From positions 5,673 through 69,672 of the forward strand of contig JAUCBJ010000012.1 of the NCBI GenBank assembly GCA_032718475.1: 64,000 bases of DNA, read 5' to 3'. The notes below the pieces were generated by a model. That model made no database searches. It was not told the DNA's origin and was given only the letters and a program-made list of their open reading frames with translations. The position numbers and the translations under genes are program-made. Shown here piece after piece: positions 1 to 13,981 of this stretch. Position 1 is the stretch's first letter, and each line of letters starts with the position of its first letter. The DNA is from Nemertoderma westbladi (lineage: Eukaryota; Animalia; Xenacoelomorpha).

Positions 1-789
1 TTAATGGGTTTTGTCAGTATTTGAAATAAATGTTATTATTTCTGGGGGGTAATCACTACACAAAGCGGTACGCTTTCAGTGAAGTGTTACTTATAAGACA
101 CTAAAACAAATAATGCTAATTTACCTAAGTTACTTAATACTACAAATTACGTACAATTCGGGTGAGATTACAATCTCTAAATAAACACAAAAATTTACAA
201 AAAACACAAAATACGAATTTTCAGGGTAATTTTACAAGAAGTCTACAAACCAGCCTAACAAAGGGTTAGAAATCTGGTTATTACAACGGACAGGGTACTA
301 CGGTATTTGAAAATAATAAGTAGTAGTAAAATACACTGCGTTGTCCAGATAGGAAAATACCACCGCCTGACGACCTATAGCTGTATCGATATAGGTACTA
401 CGTTATGTATCACGGAGTGTTCCTACCTAGAAGTTAATAGAGCTAATCGAACGTGCCTATCAACCACTTTACAACACAAATATAATGCCTACACTAATTA
501 CTTTCGGAAAGCACTGTACACTAAACCCTAAATTAGGTACGAGTACTTGTACAACATATAATCAGTAGTTAAATATACTTGAACAGCTAAAAGAACCACG
601 GCATCTGCTGGAGTGACCGGTGCACAAAATCACCAGTCTTTACCTATGCCAAGCAGCCCGTGTAGTACCGGGGTTAATTTAACTATAGCGGTATGTATAA
701 CAAACACAATTATTGTAGGAACAAACTTGGGGAATGAATGTTGCGAATAATCGCATAAACTCTGAATAATAAATATTACGCTACGCGTA

Positions 790-1350
790 CAAACCACTCA
801 AACAAAATGCAGACCAAACACTGACAGACTACTATCAAGCCTAAATAAACTACAGGACATGCAGACTCCGAAATGATTAGGTAGTATGCGTTCTAACCCA
901 GTAGTACGACTTATTCTTTAGTTGGGGGTTTACCTTACAGCATTGGCTGCCCCTACTTCCTAACCGTTCTTTATCGGACAGAGGCTCTACACACACTGCA
1001 ATCCGTTCAGACCTAATAACAACCAGACAACTATCCAGCCTACAAATTATCTAAATAAATATAATACGCTACCTGTACAGACTACACAAACAAAGTACAG
1101 ACTAAACGATGGCAGACTACTCTCAAGCCTAAATAAACTACAGGACATGCAGACTCCGAAATGATTAGGTAGTATGCGTTCTAACCCAGTAGTACGACTT
1201 ATTCTTTAGTTGGGGGTTTACCTTACAGCTTTGGCTGCCCCTACTTCCTAACCGTTCTTTATCGGACAGATGATCTACACACACTGCAATCCGTTCAGAC
1301 TTAACAGCAATCAGACAACAGCTCAGCCTACAAATTGTCTGTACAATCTG
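790..1350. repeat. Two tandem ~280-bp repeats in the retroelement 5' leader (also ~46300-46860 and ~52120-52680)
   Basis: Block 'gcagactccgaaatgatt...tatgcgttctaacc..gtagtacgacttattcttt' occurs twice in each of the three copies. Confidence 0.85.
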
Positions 1351-1689
1351 ATCAGGCTTACACGCCTTCTGTTCAATACTGGCCTACAAACAAATAAAAC
1401 TTGACAGAAATAAGTAAAAATCTCAATAAAAAACCAGGGCTGCAGTCCCTGATTAATTATTAAGGCCTACCGGTATATAATTATCAAAATCGAATAATAC
1501 TGCTGTACCTATACTGCTGTAGGTACCGGTCCGGGTGGTTAAGTAGTCAGGCCTACTGGGTACCGGTTGCCGGTACTTCAGCTTTATTGCCTACTGCAAT
1601 ACAGAAGCAATATCCGTTATTGTTCTTACCAGAACAATATTAAACTGTATTTAATGCCTACACTGCAATACAGACTAAATATCCGTTAT

Positions 1690-2870
1690 TGTTCGCGCTT
1701 TCAGACCTTTGGCAGTTTAACCCGCCAAATTAGGATGTCTTCTAGATAATAATTCGCTTTTAGCCTATGACAAGTATTTGATTCACTACACTAGTCGAAA
1801 CCAATCTGTGCGCGATCATTCACCCGCTGGATATACCCGGGAGATTGGGTTCGACGGCTTAATCGTATTGCTATGTAAGCCTAATGTATTATTCGACTGA
1901 CAGTATTATATAATCTCTGACAATATTATTCACCTTTGGGGAATATTAACAGTTCCTTTAGGACGTGGCGCTCTATCTATAAACAGAGTTATGACTTAAA
2001 CTACTCACAACGATATGGCTTAGTTACAATTCACATATATGGCGCATTCTTTAGGAAATGCTTCGTTATCAGTCTCACTCATACACAATGCTGCACAATA
2101 CTGCACACTGATCTGCCGATCTTCACTGATTTTAGTCACATATAAAAGGAACACGGACCGAATCATGTAGGGTCTATCAAATAACATTAGATTCACTTCA
2201 AACCACTTTAACATAAGTCACAATCGTTATATGTAACCTTTCTCTCTTACCTTCGGTATATCAAGAATATTGGGTTTTCGGGGTTATTTATCGTTATTCC
2301 AAATATAATAATTCATCAACCATATTATGAAGAACTGACAGTAAATAGCAGTATAACAATATAAAAGTATGCACAGGTTGTTTGATTAGGTATGGTATGG
2401 TATGTTATGTTTAGTTATGTTATGTTATGATAACGGATATATGTCCTTATAATTAAGCCTACTAGTGTAAGACTAAAAACTGAAAACACGGAGGTGCCAA
2501 AAGCCGGTTCTTAGGCTCTGGGCAAAAACATAACACTGAACTGATAAGAATAACCTTATTTACAAAGGCTTCCACCCACCACAGAGAAAGAGCATACAGA
2601 TAGGAAAATTCAGTTCAGTAGATCTGTGATAGGTCGAAATCAAAATCAACTCAAATCCTATTGGCAGATACAGAAATCAGGGCTGTGGGGCAACTTTCCC
2701 AAGCTGGTTGGACAATCAAACGTAGCCCAGATCCCTTCGCACAGCAAATCAGCCAATCAGCCGGTAGCTTGCGCTATTCGAGTTATAGATCCCTTTTTAG
2801 AGTATTCCAGCGCCTGGGGGGAACTTGTTAGCAAGGCAAACGAATCAGTTATCCCACAAAACCTTTTACA
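1690..2870 (-). repeat. 5' LTR of copy C (~1.18 kb, TGT...ACA)
   Basis: Same R/U5 sequence and termini as the copy A and B LTRs; U3 part (~2540-2855) is unrelated. Confidence 0.8.
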
Positions 2871-2938
2871 ATACTATATGTATAAATAATCATGGAATAT
2901 GACATTGATAACTCACGATTGGTTATATTTTATCGCAG

Positions 2939-3102
2939 GTTCGGGGAAAGTTCGTTCAGCTGTAGGGAAGACTAATCTCCTGCTCACCCAGAAGATAAAA
3001 CAGTTTCGGGAGCTGTGCAGTCAGAATATGGAAGTGGGAGAGTCTGGTCGTAGACCTTCACCAGACGACCTGGAGGGGTTCTGGGATATGGTACTGATAC
3101 AG
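2939..3102 (+). CDS. DLGAP/GKAP-family (SAPAP/vulcan-like) gene, internal exon in the GKAP domain
   Basis: Translates GKVRSAVGKTNLLLTQKIKQFRELC...DDLEGFWDMVLIQ, a hallmark GKAP motif; bounded by cag and gtaag. Confidence 0.85.
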
Positions 3103-3346
3103 GTAAGTTAACAACCAACATAATATATGTGTCAATTAAGTACATCACGTACTAGTACTACATATACTTTTGGTTCTATTTTGTGGTCCTGACATGCTCC
3201 AAAGATAGGTCGGCATTTAGTGGTAACATCCACCGAGGATTGACATTTCATTTAGTGACGGTAGTAGTATCCACTGAGTGGGCTGTGTAACAAGCCCTAT
3301 TTCATGACCTGATTAATCGTTTGTTGCCAATTTTCATTGTTTTCAG

Positions 3347-3436
3347 ATTCTGGATGTCGATTTGCTCTTTGCGAATTTGGAAGCGATGAAATCATCCCAA
3401 TGGGCTCCACCCGCTTCTCCAGTCCCGCCACGAAGG
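3347..3436 (+). CDS. DLGAP/GKAP-family gene, penultimate exon
   Basis: tttcag acceptor; ILDVDLLFANLEAMKSSQW continues the GKAP domain in frame; gt donor at 3437. Confidence 0.8.
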
Positions 3437-3497
3437 GTTAGAATATTTAAATAGTACAATATATCAGTCGTGTTGTGTCAGTTGTAGATTCCAATCA

Positions 3498-6400
3498 ATT
3501 CATGGGAGAAGCGACCTGTTATTTTATTTCATTACATGGGCGAAGCGAGCTGTTATTGTATTTCATTACAGGGCGAGACGAGCTGTTATTGTATTTCATT
3601 ACATGGGCGAGACGACTTGTTATTGTATTTCATTACAGGGCGAGACGAGCTGTTATTGAATTTCATTACATGGGCGAGACGACCTGTTATTGTATTTCAT
3701 TACAGGGCGAGACGAGCTGTTATTGTATTTCATTACATGGGCGAGACGACCTGTTATTGTTTTTCATTACAGGGCGAGACGAGTTGTTATTGTATTTCAT
3801 TACATGGGCGAAGCAAGCTGTTATTGTATTTCATTACAGGGCGAGACGAGCTGTTATTGTATTTCATTACAGGGCGAGACGAGCTGTTATTGTATTTCAA
3901 TACCGGGTAGAAGCGAGCTGTTATTGTATTTCAATACAGGGCGAAGCGAGCTGTTATTGTATTTCATTACATGGGCGAGACGAGCTGTTATTGTATTTCA
4001 TTACAGGGCGAAGCGAGCTGTTTTTGTATTTCATGACATGGGCGAGACGACCAGTTATTGTATTTCATTACATGGGCGTAGCGAGCTGTTATTGTATTTC
4101 ATTACATGGCGAGACGCGCTGCTAATGTATTTCATTACATGGGCGAGACGACCTGTTATTGTATTTCATTACATGGGCGTAGCGAGCTGTTATTGTATTT
4201 CATTACATGGGCGAGACGAGCTGTTATTGTATTTCATTACAGAGCGAAGCGAGCTGTTTTTGTATTTCATTACATGGGCGAGACGTCCAGTTATTGTATT
4301 TCATTACATGGGTGTAGCGAGCTGTTATTGTATTTCATTACATGGCGAGACGAGCTGCTAATGTATTTCATTACATGGGCGAGACGAGCTGTTATTGTAT
4401 TTCATTACATTGGCGAAGCGAGCTGTTATTGTATTTCATTACAGGGCGAACCGAGCTGTTATTGTATTTCAATACCGGGTAGAAGCGAGCTGTTATTGTA
4501 TTTCAATACAGGGCGAAGCGAGCTGTTATTGTATTTCATTACATGGGTGAGACGACCTGTTATTGTATTTCATTACATGGGCGAGACGAGTTGTTATTGT
4601 ATTTCATTACAGGGCGAAGCGAGCTGTTATTGTATTTCATTACATGGGCGAAGCGAGCTGTTATTGTATTTCAATACAGGGCGAAGCGAGCTGTTATTGT
4701 ATTTCATTACATGGCGAGACGAGCTGTTATTGTATTTCATTACAGGTCGAAGCGAGCTGTTATTTTATTTCATTACATGGGCGAGACGAGCTGTTATTGT
4801 ATTTCATTACAGGGCGAAGCGAGCTGTTTTTGTATTTCATGACATGGGCGAGACGACCAGTTATTGTATTTCATTACATGGGCGTAGCGAGCTGTTATTG
4901 TATTTCATTACATGGCGAGACGCGCTGCTAATGTATTTCATTACATGGGCGAGACGACCTGTTATTGTATTTCATTACATGGGCGTAGCGAGCTGTTATT
5001 GTATTTCATTACATGGGCGAGACGAGCTGTTATTGTATTTCATTACAGAGCGAAGCGAGCTGTTTTTGTATTTCATTACATGGGCGAGACGTCCAGTTAT
5101 TGTATTTCATTACATGGGTGTAGCGAGCTGTTATTGTATTTCATTACATGGCGAGACGAGCTGCTAATGTATTTCATTACATGGGCGAGACGAGCTGTTA
5201 TTGTATTTCATTACATTGGCGAAGCGAGCTGTTATTGTATTTCATTACAGGGCGAACCGAGCTGTTATTGTATTTCATTACATGGGCGAGACGAGCTGTT
5301 ATTGTATTTCATTACAGGGCGAAGCGAGCTGTTTTTGTATTTCATTACATGGGCGAGACGACCAGTTATTGTATTTCATTACATGGGCGTAGCGAGCTGT
5401 TATTGTATTTCATTACATGGGAGAGACGAGCTCTTATTGTATTTCATTACATTGGCGAAGCGTGCTGTTATTGTATTTAAATACAGGGCGAAGCGAGCTG
5501 TTATTGTATTTCATTACAGGGCGAAGCGAGCTGTTATTGTATTTCATTACAGGGCGAAGCGAGCTGTTATTGTATTTAAATACAGGGCGAAGCGAGCTGT
5601 TATTGTATTTCATTACAGGGCGAAGCGAGGTGTTATTGTATTTCATTACAGGGCGAAGCGAGCTTTTATTGTATTTCATTACAGTGCGAGACGAGCTGTT
5701 ATTGTATTTCATTACAGGGGCAAAGCGAGCTGTTATTATATTTCATTACAGGTCGAAGCGAGCTGTTTTTGTATTTCATTACATGGGCGAGACGACCAGT
5801 TATTGTATTTCATTACATGGGCGTAGCGAGCTGTTATTGTATTTCATTACATGGCGAGACGAGCTGTTAATCTATTTCATTACATGGGCGAGACGAGCTG
5901 TTATTGTATTTCATTACAGGGCGAAGCGAGCTGTTATTGTATTTCATTACAGTGCGAGAGGAGCTGTTATTGTATTTCATTACAGGGGCGAAGCGAGCTT
6001 TTATTATATTTCATTACAGGTCGAAACGAGCTGTTATTGTATTTGATTACATGGCGAGACGAGCTGTTCATGTATTTCATTACATTGGCGAAGCGAGCTG
6101 TTATTGTATTTCTTTACAGGGCGAAGCGAGCTGTTATTGTATTTCATTACAGGTCGAAGCGAGCTGTTAATGTATTTCATTACAGGTCGAAGCGAGCTGT
6201 TATTTTATTTCATTACAAGGGCGAAGCGAGCTGTTATTGTATTTCATTACAAGGGCGAAGCGAGCTGTTATTGTATTTCATTACATGGCGAGACGAGCTG
6301 TTAATCTATTTCATTACATGGGCGAGACGAGCTGTTATTGTATTTCATTACAGGGCGAAGCGAGCTGTTATTGTATTTCATTACAGTGCGAGACGAGCTG

Positions 6401-7650
6401 TTATTGTATTTCATTACAGGGGCAAAGCGAGCTGTTATTATATTTCATTACAGGTCGAAGCGAGCTGTTTTTGTATTTCATTACATGGGCGAGACGACCA
6501 GTTATTGTATTTCATTACATGGGCGTAGCGAGCTGTTATTGTATTTCATTACATGGCGAGACGAGCTGTTAATCTATTTCATTACATGGGCGAGACGAGC
6601 TGTTATTGTATTTCATTACAGGGCGAAGCGAGCTGTTATTGTATTTCATTACAGTGCGAGACAAGCTGTTATTGTATTTCATTACAGGGGCAAAGCGAGC
6701 TGTTAATATATTTCATTACAGGTCGAAGCGAGCTGTTTTTGTATTTCATTACATGGGCGAGACGACCAGTTATTGTATTTCATTACAGGGGCGAAGCGAG
6801 CTTTTATTATATTTCATTACAGGTCGAAACGAGCTGTTATTGTATTTGATTACATGGCGAGACGAGCTGTTCATGTATTTCATTACATTGGCGAAACGAG
6901 CTGTTATTGTATTTCTTTACAGGGCGAAGCGAGCTGTTATTGTATTTCATTACAGGTCGAGACGACCAGTTATTGTATTTCATTACAGGTCGAAGCGAGC
7001 TGTTATTGTATTTCATTACAGGTCGAAGCGAGCTGTTATTTTATTTCATTACAAGGGCGAAGCGAGCTGTTATTGTATTTCATTACAAGGGCGAAGCGAG
7101 CTGTTATTGTATTTCATTACATGGCGAGACGAGCTGTTGATCTATTTCATTACATGGGCGAGACGAGCTGTTATTGTATTTCATTACAGGGCGAAGCGAG
7201 CTGTTATTGTATTTAATTACAGTGCGAGACGAGCTGTTATTGTATTTCATTACAGGGGCAAAGCGAGCTGTTATTATATTTCATTACAGGTCGAAGCGAG
7301 CTGTTTTTGTATTTCATTACATGGGCGAGACGACCAGTTATTGTATTTCATTACATGGGCGTAGCGAGCTGTTATTGTATTTCATTACATGGCGAGACGA
7401 GCTGTTATTGTATTTCTTTACATGGGCGAGACGAGCTGTTATTATATTTCATTACAGGTCGAAGCGAGCTGTTTTTGTATTTCATTACAAGGGCGAAGCG
7501 AGCTGTTATTGCATTTCATTACAGGGGCGAAGCGAGCTGTTATTGTATTTCATTACATGGGTGAAGCGAGCTGTTATTGTATTTTATTACAGGGTGAGAC
7601 CAGCTGTTATTGTATTTCATTGCATGGGCGAGACGGCCTTTTATTGTTTT
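3498..7650. repeat. Intronic minisatellite, ~35-bp unit (GGGCGA[GA/AG]CGAGCTGTTATTGTATTTCATTACA[T]), roughly 115-120 copies
   Basis: Direct inspection; near-identical ORF translations at 4106 and 4912 show an 806-bp (~23-unit) higher-order duplication. Confidence 0.95.
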
Positions 7651-7852
7651 TTATCACTACTCACACTTACCACTACCGTATTACTCGGCCAAAATTACGA
7701 ACCATCAAGTGGGCCACATCCCTACCCATGGCATCTAGTCTCGAGGGATGGTTTATTTAATTATTTATTTTTATCTTGACAGCAATTTAATTTAATTTGT
7801 AACTTAAAAATGAAATATTCGACTCACTAAACCATGTTTTTTTTATTTGTAG

Positions 7853-8077
7853 AACTCCGGTTTCGTACCCGGAACCGGGTCCGGCTCCGCTTCCCCTTCT
7901 CGCACTCCGCGGATGTCCGTCTCCATGGCTCCGAACTCAGCCGCCTCCAAGTTCGCCGCTCATCGGGAGGAAGCCCGTAGGAAACTCGCCGAGGCCAAAC
8001 GACTTACTGGCGGCGTCAGACAGCCCCCCGAACCCCAAATACAGTTCTACATTCCGAAGCCGGGGGCGAAAAGGTGA
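7853..8077 (+). CDS. DLGAP/GKAP-family gene, last coding exon
   Basis: tttgtag acceptor; HREEARRKLAEAKR...QIQFYIP resembles the DLGAP C-terminus (RQEARKRLMAAKR...IEIYIP); TGA at 8075-8077. Confidence 0.8.
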   Translation, partial: NSGFVPGTGSGSASPSRTPRMSVSMAPNSAASKFAAHREEARRKLAEAKRLTGGVRQPPEPQIQFYIPKPGAKR

Positions 8078-8479
8078 CGTCATCGGGAACCAACCGGTGA
8101 CGTCACTGTAGCGGGCAATATTTAACGTCATTGGTGGACCGTGAAGTGATGTCAGCGGGTGCCAGACAGTGACGTCATCAGGGTTAGGAGGTCTTCCAGC
8201 GTTCCTCTAAGTATTCTACATTGTCGACCGACACACCCCTTTCCTTTTGAGGTCTTAATGTCTACATATAATGTTAACAATGAATTGGTTCCACTACCGC
8301 CTTTCATATATTTCCTGGTTACATCTTCACATGAAGGCTCACTTTTGGTGCTATGGGATTTAAATGAACACTTAATCTGTAACCCGAGTACTTAATGATG
8401 CGCTTTTTTTACTTCGTGAGTGGGAACACCCCACTAAAATGTACTGCATTTAAAATGTTTTACGGTAGTTTTTTTTTTA

Positions 8480-8897
8480 CAGGATTGCCACTCACCTGGA
8501 AAATATGGAATTGTTAAGGAATTTCATTTTGTCTTGAAATGTGGGGGAATTCATGTAACTCGGGCAAGTTGATTTAAACTCGACATGAGTCATAAGTGAA
8601 AATTTATTGATAAAATTGTATCTGTTCGCTTCAATCGCGATTTAATTTACTTACGGTCTCAAGGTTCACTTCATATACCGACGTACTAAATATTATTAGA
8701 TTAGGAGCACTCTGTTCGCTCGTTTATCAGTCATTGGTATATTGTTGTGATAGTTCACCGATAGTATTACCAGCTACAGTTTATGTACAGTCTGCCTATC
8801 AAGTATATATACACCTTGGTACACCTACGCTATGCACGCAGTCAGGAATTTTTTAGAAGTCAGGGAAAATTGAAACAGAAATAAAGTGGCAACCCTG
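8480..8897. mobile_element. MITE with CAGG(A/G)TTGCCAC terminal inverted repeats
   Basis: caggattgccact ... agtggcaaccctg, with TA on both flanks. Confidence 0.6.
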
Positions 8898-10807
8898 TAA
8901 AACTACCAAATAGATTGTGCGTGGTACAAAGTGACGTTGTAACCGGCCAAACCACATTATTATCAATTCGAATATAGTAAATCGTAAACAATGTATGACC
9001 ATCATTCTAATTCGATTATATTATTTAAATTGGCCGCCTTTTCTAAATGTATTTTTAACTCTTCTATAGATTGGGGCTATTAATTAATTGTTGCGTGAAA
9101 TTCTACATTGAAGTTATTCCGTTACGACATTTATGTCATTTAGGTAGTGCGTACTGTACAGGCACACTGAACTGATAATCATAACAAAAAACAATTGTCT
9201 TCGTTCCTAAATGATCATTCATCATTCTAATATAACTAACAATAAAGTAGTTTAATTGTTATTGTATAATCATGAGGTTTTATATGATATGTTGTAATAA
9301 AACGACTTTCCAGTTGTCGTTTTGTCGAAATGGTTAACAATAACTTTTATTTTCTGTCAATTTGAGACTAGATAATTATTCATTAGTACGAATTCCCCTT
9401 TATCACTTGATTTACTTGCTGTGGTGGCCACCAACGTTTGGTTTTAGTTAACGAGTAGCCCTATTTTACGGAGCCACTCAAGAGGACAAGAATTCCTCGG
9501 TTTTTTTCACACTAAATCGATTACCGGTATTGACAACGGAAAACAAGCGAGGATGTTATGACCCTTGGGCGCCTCTGTTCTGTTTTGTAGTCCCACATTC
9601 ATCAGTATTATTAATGATCGGCCCGGCCCGACTGATCTCTTTTTTTGCAATTTTTAATGTTATTAATATTATTTTATTTTTTACTTGTAAAGTTAAGTAA
9701 TACGTTTGATTTGAATATGATTTCGATTTCATAAACACATTTATTATTCATCATGTATATTATATGATTTGTTTCTTACTTTTGCTGTTCACACTTCTTA
9801 GCCATTTGTCAGAAAGACTTTTACTGGTTATATTTCCTTGTATTGTTTTATTTCACCTTGTATTTCTTATTGTTATAATGTACTTCATGGACTGCATTCC
9901 TATTGGTAAATACGTTTATTTTTGTTTTCTTGATCTAATGATTAGATGATCAGCTTTCCTATTTTAAGTTACGCCGCTTATTTTGATAAAAACTCTTGAA
10001 GGGTCTTATTTTGACTTTCCAATTTGATTTATTTTTGAGTTTAGATTTAGATCCTTCAACTTTTGTCGTAAATTATTTGGTGCAATGTGGTCACTAATAA
10101 TGTACTATATAAATATTAATTAGTCGTGTTTAGATGCACAAGTCACTTCAAATACGGTGTTTATTTATCATTTAATTAATTTGACGGGCAAAGTTTTCCC
10201 AAAGTAAACCAATGACCATATTGAATTGTACCGGTAGTACAACTAACAGACTAACAACACTAACTACATTAATTATGGACAAAATTTACACTAAATTCGA
10301 TTTATTTCAAAAGATTACAACTTTTAATTAAATTGGTGTCATCGTATTTCGTTTAAAAACTAACATGTCGCACATCAGCTTTCCTGCGTTTTTTTATGAC
10401 TCATCACGTATAAAACACGAAATCCTTTTATATTTTTTCCATTGGATTTTTCCATTGGTTTTTTTTGTATTGTATTGTTGTATCTGTGATAAATAATTAG
10501 GCAATATGACCTGATTATCTGTTTCGTTAGTTTTAACCCATTAGTGAATGAATTTAATTTATTAATTATTTATATATAATGTGTAACGGAACATTTTAGT
10601 TAATTATCTAATTAAGTACTCAATTATTTTATGTTTATTCTAACGATTGTTAATTAAATTCTAGTTAAATAATTATTGTGCTTCGCAAACAATTATACTT
10701 TATATCTGGAAAGCCCAATGGAAACCCCAACAGTATCGACTCGTTACATTGTTGTACCTCACTCAGATCTCAACTCAATCATAATCTGTACCGCGTTGCG
10801 GACGGGA

Positions 10808-13800
10808 TAGTCCAGGAGAAATGGGGTCGAACCATAAAGAAGGGTACGGACGCAATTTTTTTGGCTTAAATTATAGTATGGGGGCGGAGTAACACAAAAC
10901 AGGCCATAAAAACTTCTGAGACCTTGAGCAATTTTTTTTATGCAACTTATTAATTGAGAGTTAACATTGCATTTTAAACTCTATTTCAGCGATAGTTTTA
11001 CGTACATAGTCATAGTGGTCGGTATATGTGTTTGAACTGCCAGAATCTCTGCATGTCCAACATAGTTTACAGTTGTAAATTACAATCCTTGTTACTATAG
11101 CAACGGGCTTGAGGATAATATTGCAAGAATGACTGGACCTCCTCTACTCCAAATACAGGAGTATAGCTAACTAGATCAAGAATGATCAGCATTACAAAAT
11201 CCTTGTCACCATAGCAACGGGTCATGATAACTGGTTTGTAGAAAATATGGCATATACTTTTCAATTATGAACAACCCATTTGGTCAACCCATTTGAATAT
11301 GGAGTGGTATAGCAGTTTATATAGAAACATGAATATAATACGTCACAACGAGAGATTTGTGAACATAGTTTTGACCTGTTGTAAATGCTTTTTTGCCATT
11401 TTGTTTTGTTCTGTTTGATTATGTTTTTTTATCTTTATTTAATATAATTATATAATAACATAATAATAAATACATAAATGACAACAGTATTATTTAATAA
11501 TTGAAACTGCAGATTATAAAATTGCCCATTGATGTTTATCACTGCTTCTATATGTGTAATTATTGTGCATTTATAGCTGAAGTGTAAGTATTTCTAAGGA
11601 TGTTGTATGATACTCCAACATTCATATTCAATTTCGGCGGAAATGACTTAATCTTTCCTCGAAAAAGAAGAACCTCTGGAGTGTTGAGTTTGAAAGCATT
11701 TAATTCAGTTTTTGAAATTCGAGGTATAATCATTTCTGGTATGAAATTATTTTCCTTACTAATTTGGGCTAATTCAATGACCATCGTATGTGACTCTCTG
11801 CATCCATTAGGAGTGTAAACTTGGAGATCGAAATTATCGCACCAAGAATTTATTACCTTTGTGCCCACGAATCTATTGTTGCAATTGTAATCTCCTTTGC
11901 TGCCAAACACGGCCGCAGATTTGCGGAAACGTAATACTTAGTCATAGCTTGTCATGTATCCACTTGAGTGCAACAGGTCAATCAGTTCTCTAGAACCAAA
12001 ATGATGGTGAACTTGTAATGCCAAGCCTAGTGTAGTTTGATTATATTTTAGCAATAAGGGATTAATTGTGAAATGCAAATTGATTCTTTATAAATATTAC
12101 CATACGAAACTTATCGTGATATATTAATGAGAGTAATGAACTGCTTGTGGATGATATCATGTTGTTGTATGATAATGTATTTGAATTATTGTAGAACTTG
12201 CGATGAGATTCATCTTCAAGTTGCTTTTTATTTCAGACGTTATTTTTTGGACTAAGGAGTTAATATTACTGTTAATATTATTGGTTGAGGGACATTGATC
12301 TGCTTTCAGTGGAAATTGAAGCCTTGTTTTAAAACAAAGAACACTTGCACGCCTTCTGCATGCAGTACAAAAATCTTATCACCAAAATGAGCTTGAATTT
12401 TATTGATTAGATTTGTGCGTTGACTGCCTTGTAGAGCTGTGACGCTGTCTTCTTCTGTACCAAATGAATGGAGCGAAGATATACTGTATATATGCCGAAT
12501 ATCTCACTAGAATCCCAAATTTTAATTTGGTCTTTTTCAAGTTTCTCGAACATTTTTATGAAGGGCTTCTCGCTCGGTTTCTCCAGCCTAACATCTTTTT
12601 TTTCTTCTATATCTTCTTTTTCTTCTCAAGGCCGCCATTGAGTTCCTTTTACCAGTGAAGGGTGAAGGCTTTATAGCAATCATTCTGAAACTTCGCGCCA
12701 CTTGTAATGACATCACCACAAACGGAACCTAAGCGAAATTCGACCTTTCCTGCAAGTTCATCTACTCGAAGCCCTCGTAATTTACATATTCGTAGGAGTT
12801 CATCCTGCACCTCGACCGTCTCACACTCAACTACTCTTCTCCATCGTCCGGTATTCTTTGGATCTTTGTTGGAACATTTCTCACCGCAAATAATACAACT
12901 CCTGTTAAAATCAAAGTTTTCACTGGATCGCAACCGTTTAGGAGCTTTGATACCATCACCACTTCCACTTTGAGATGGCATATTTTCGCAATATTTTTTA
13001 ATAAGAAATATCACAGAATTGTTCTAGAACAATAGTTTACAAACACATTACACAAAATTTTTTATTTAAAAACAAATATTTATTTTTCTGGAACATTTTT
13101 AAAAACACAATATTATTTATTATTATGCGTTAAATTGCGATGCAATAAATTGTGTGTTTTTCCATATTTAAAAAGTAACAATTAATAATTCATAAATAAG
13201 ACAAAAGAAAATATGATTTTTAAAACTACTAGCTAGTACAAAAATACTAGCCCATTACAATACCCTTGTAAAATACTACCACATTTCCAAAACGTAACTG
13301 TTTGATGTAAAACATCTCTTTGTAAAGAAAAAAATGATATTTAAAATTTTGAAAAATAGCTATTTTTATTAAAAAGTGTAAAAAAATATTTTTTCTAGAA
13401 AAAGGTTTTATTTAGATAAATAGCTTAGCTTATATTAGAATATAGAATAGATCTAGAATATAATACTAGTTTTAGTAATATATTCTAGAACATTAAAAAA
13501 AAGTAGTGGAACATTAAAAAAAAGTTACTATAAATCCTGAAAAGTGAGCATATATACTATACTATAATGCCGTTAGTTAGAGGCACTACTGGAGGAAGGG
13601 CGATCTATACAGACAACACACTTCCCCCTATATGAAAATGATAATGGTTAAAACAAAAAATTACACACCATTCCCGTACCGGTAGTGTATTTTAAGTATT
13701 AATTTTCAGTGACAATTACTGCTTACTATTAAACTTACACTATAAAACTACTCTGGAACATTTTCTATCACAATTGCTCTCAAAACGGCATTAACAAAGT

Positions 13801-13981
13801 TCTTGTTGCTCTGAGCGAAAGTGCACACTTAAAATTCCAATAAAAAAAATTGCTCAAACTAATTGTTCCGGAAATCGCTCGATTTCGTATTGGGACATTA
13901 CAAACTATCATTCAAAGAAAAAAAATTGCGTCCGTACGCTACTTTTGTTGTATTAGGTGACTAAGGGCGTCTCCTGGACTA
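10808..13981 (-). mobile_element. Internally deleted DNA transposon, Academ-like
   Basis: TIR TAGTCCAGGAGA / TCTCCTGGACTA with subterminal gtacggacgcaattttt inverted repeat; 3-bp TSD GGA; broken ORF fragments (CIICGEKC...NDCY; HHFGSRELIDLLH..SYD; WCDNFD...H) typical of Academ-type transposases. Confidence 0.7.

Larger units (their letters stand above)
1..2870 (-). mobile_element. BEL/Pao LTR retrotransposon copy C: 5' LTR plus 5' leader, rest outside window; antisense within a DLGAP intron
   Basis: 1-~2540 aligns by eye to 45511-~48050 of copy A; minus strand begins TGTAAAAGGTTTTG at 2870; LTR 3' end GAAAGCGCGAACA at 1690. Confidence 0.85.

Noticed and set aside
3475-7779. Many long overlapping ORFs (up to 353 aa) and a CRISPR-like look
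   Set aside because: Translations of a stop-poor 35-bp satellite; no unique spacers, no cas genes, eukaryotic intron context
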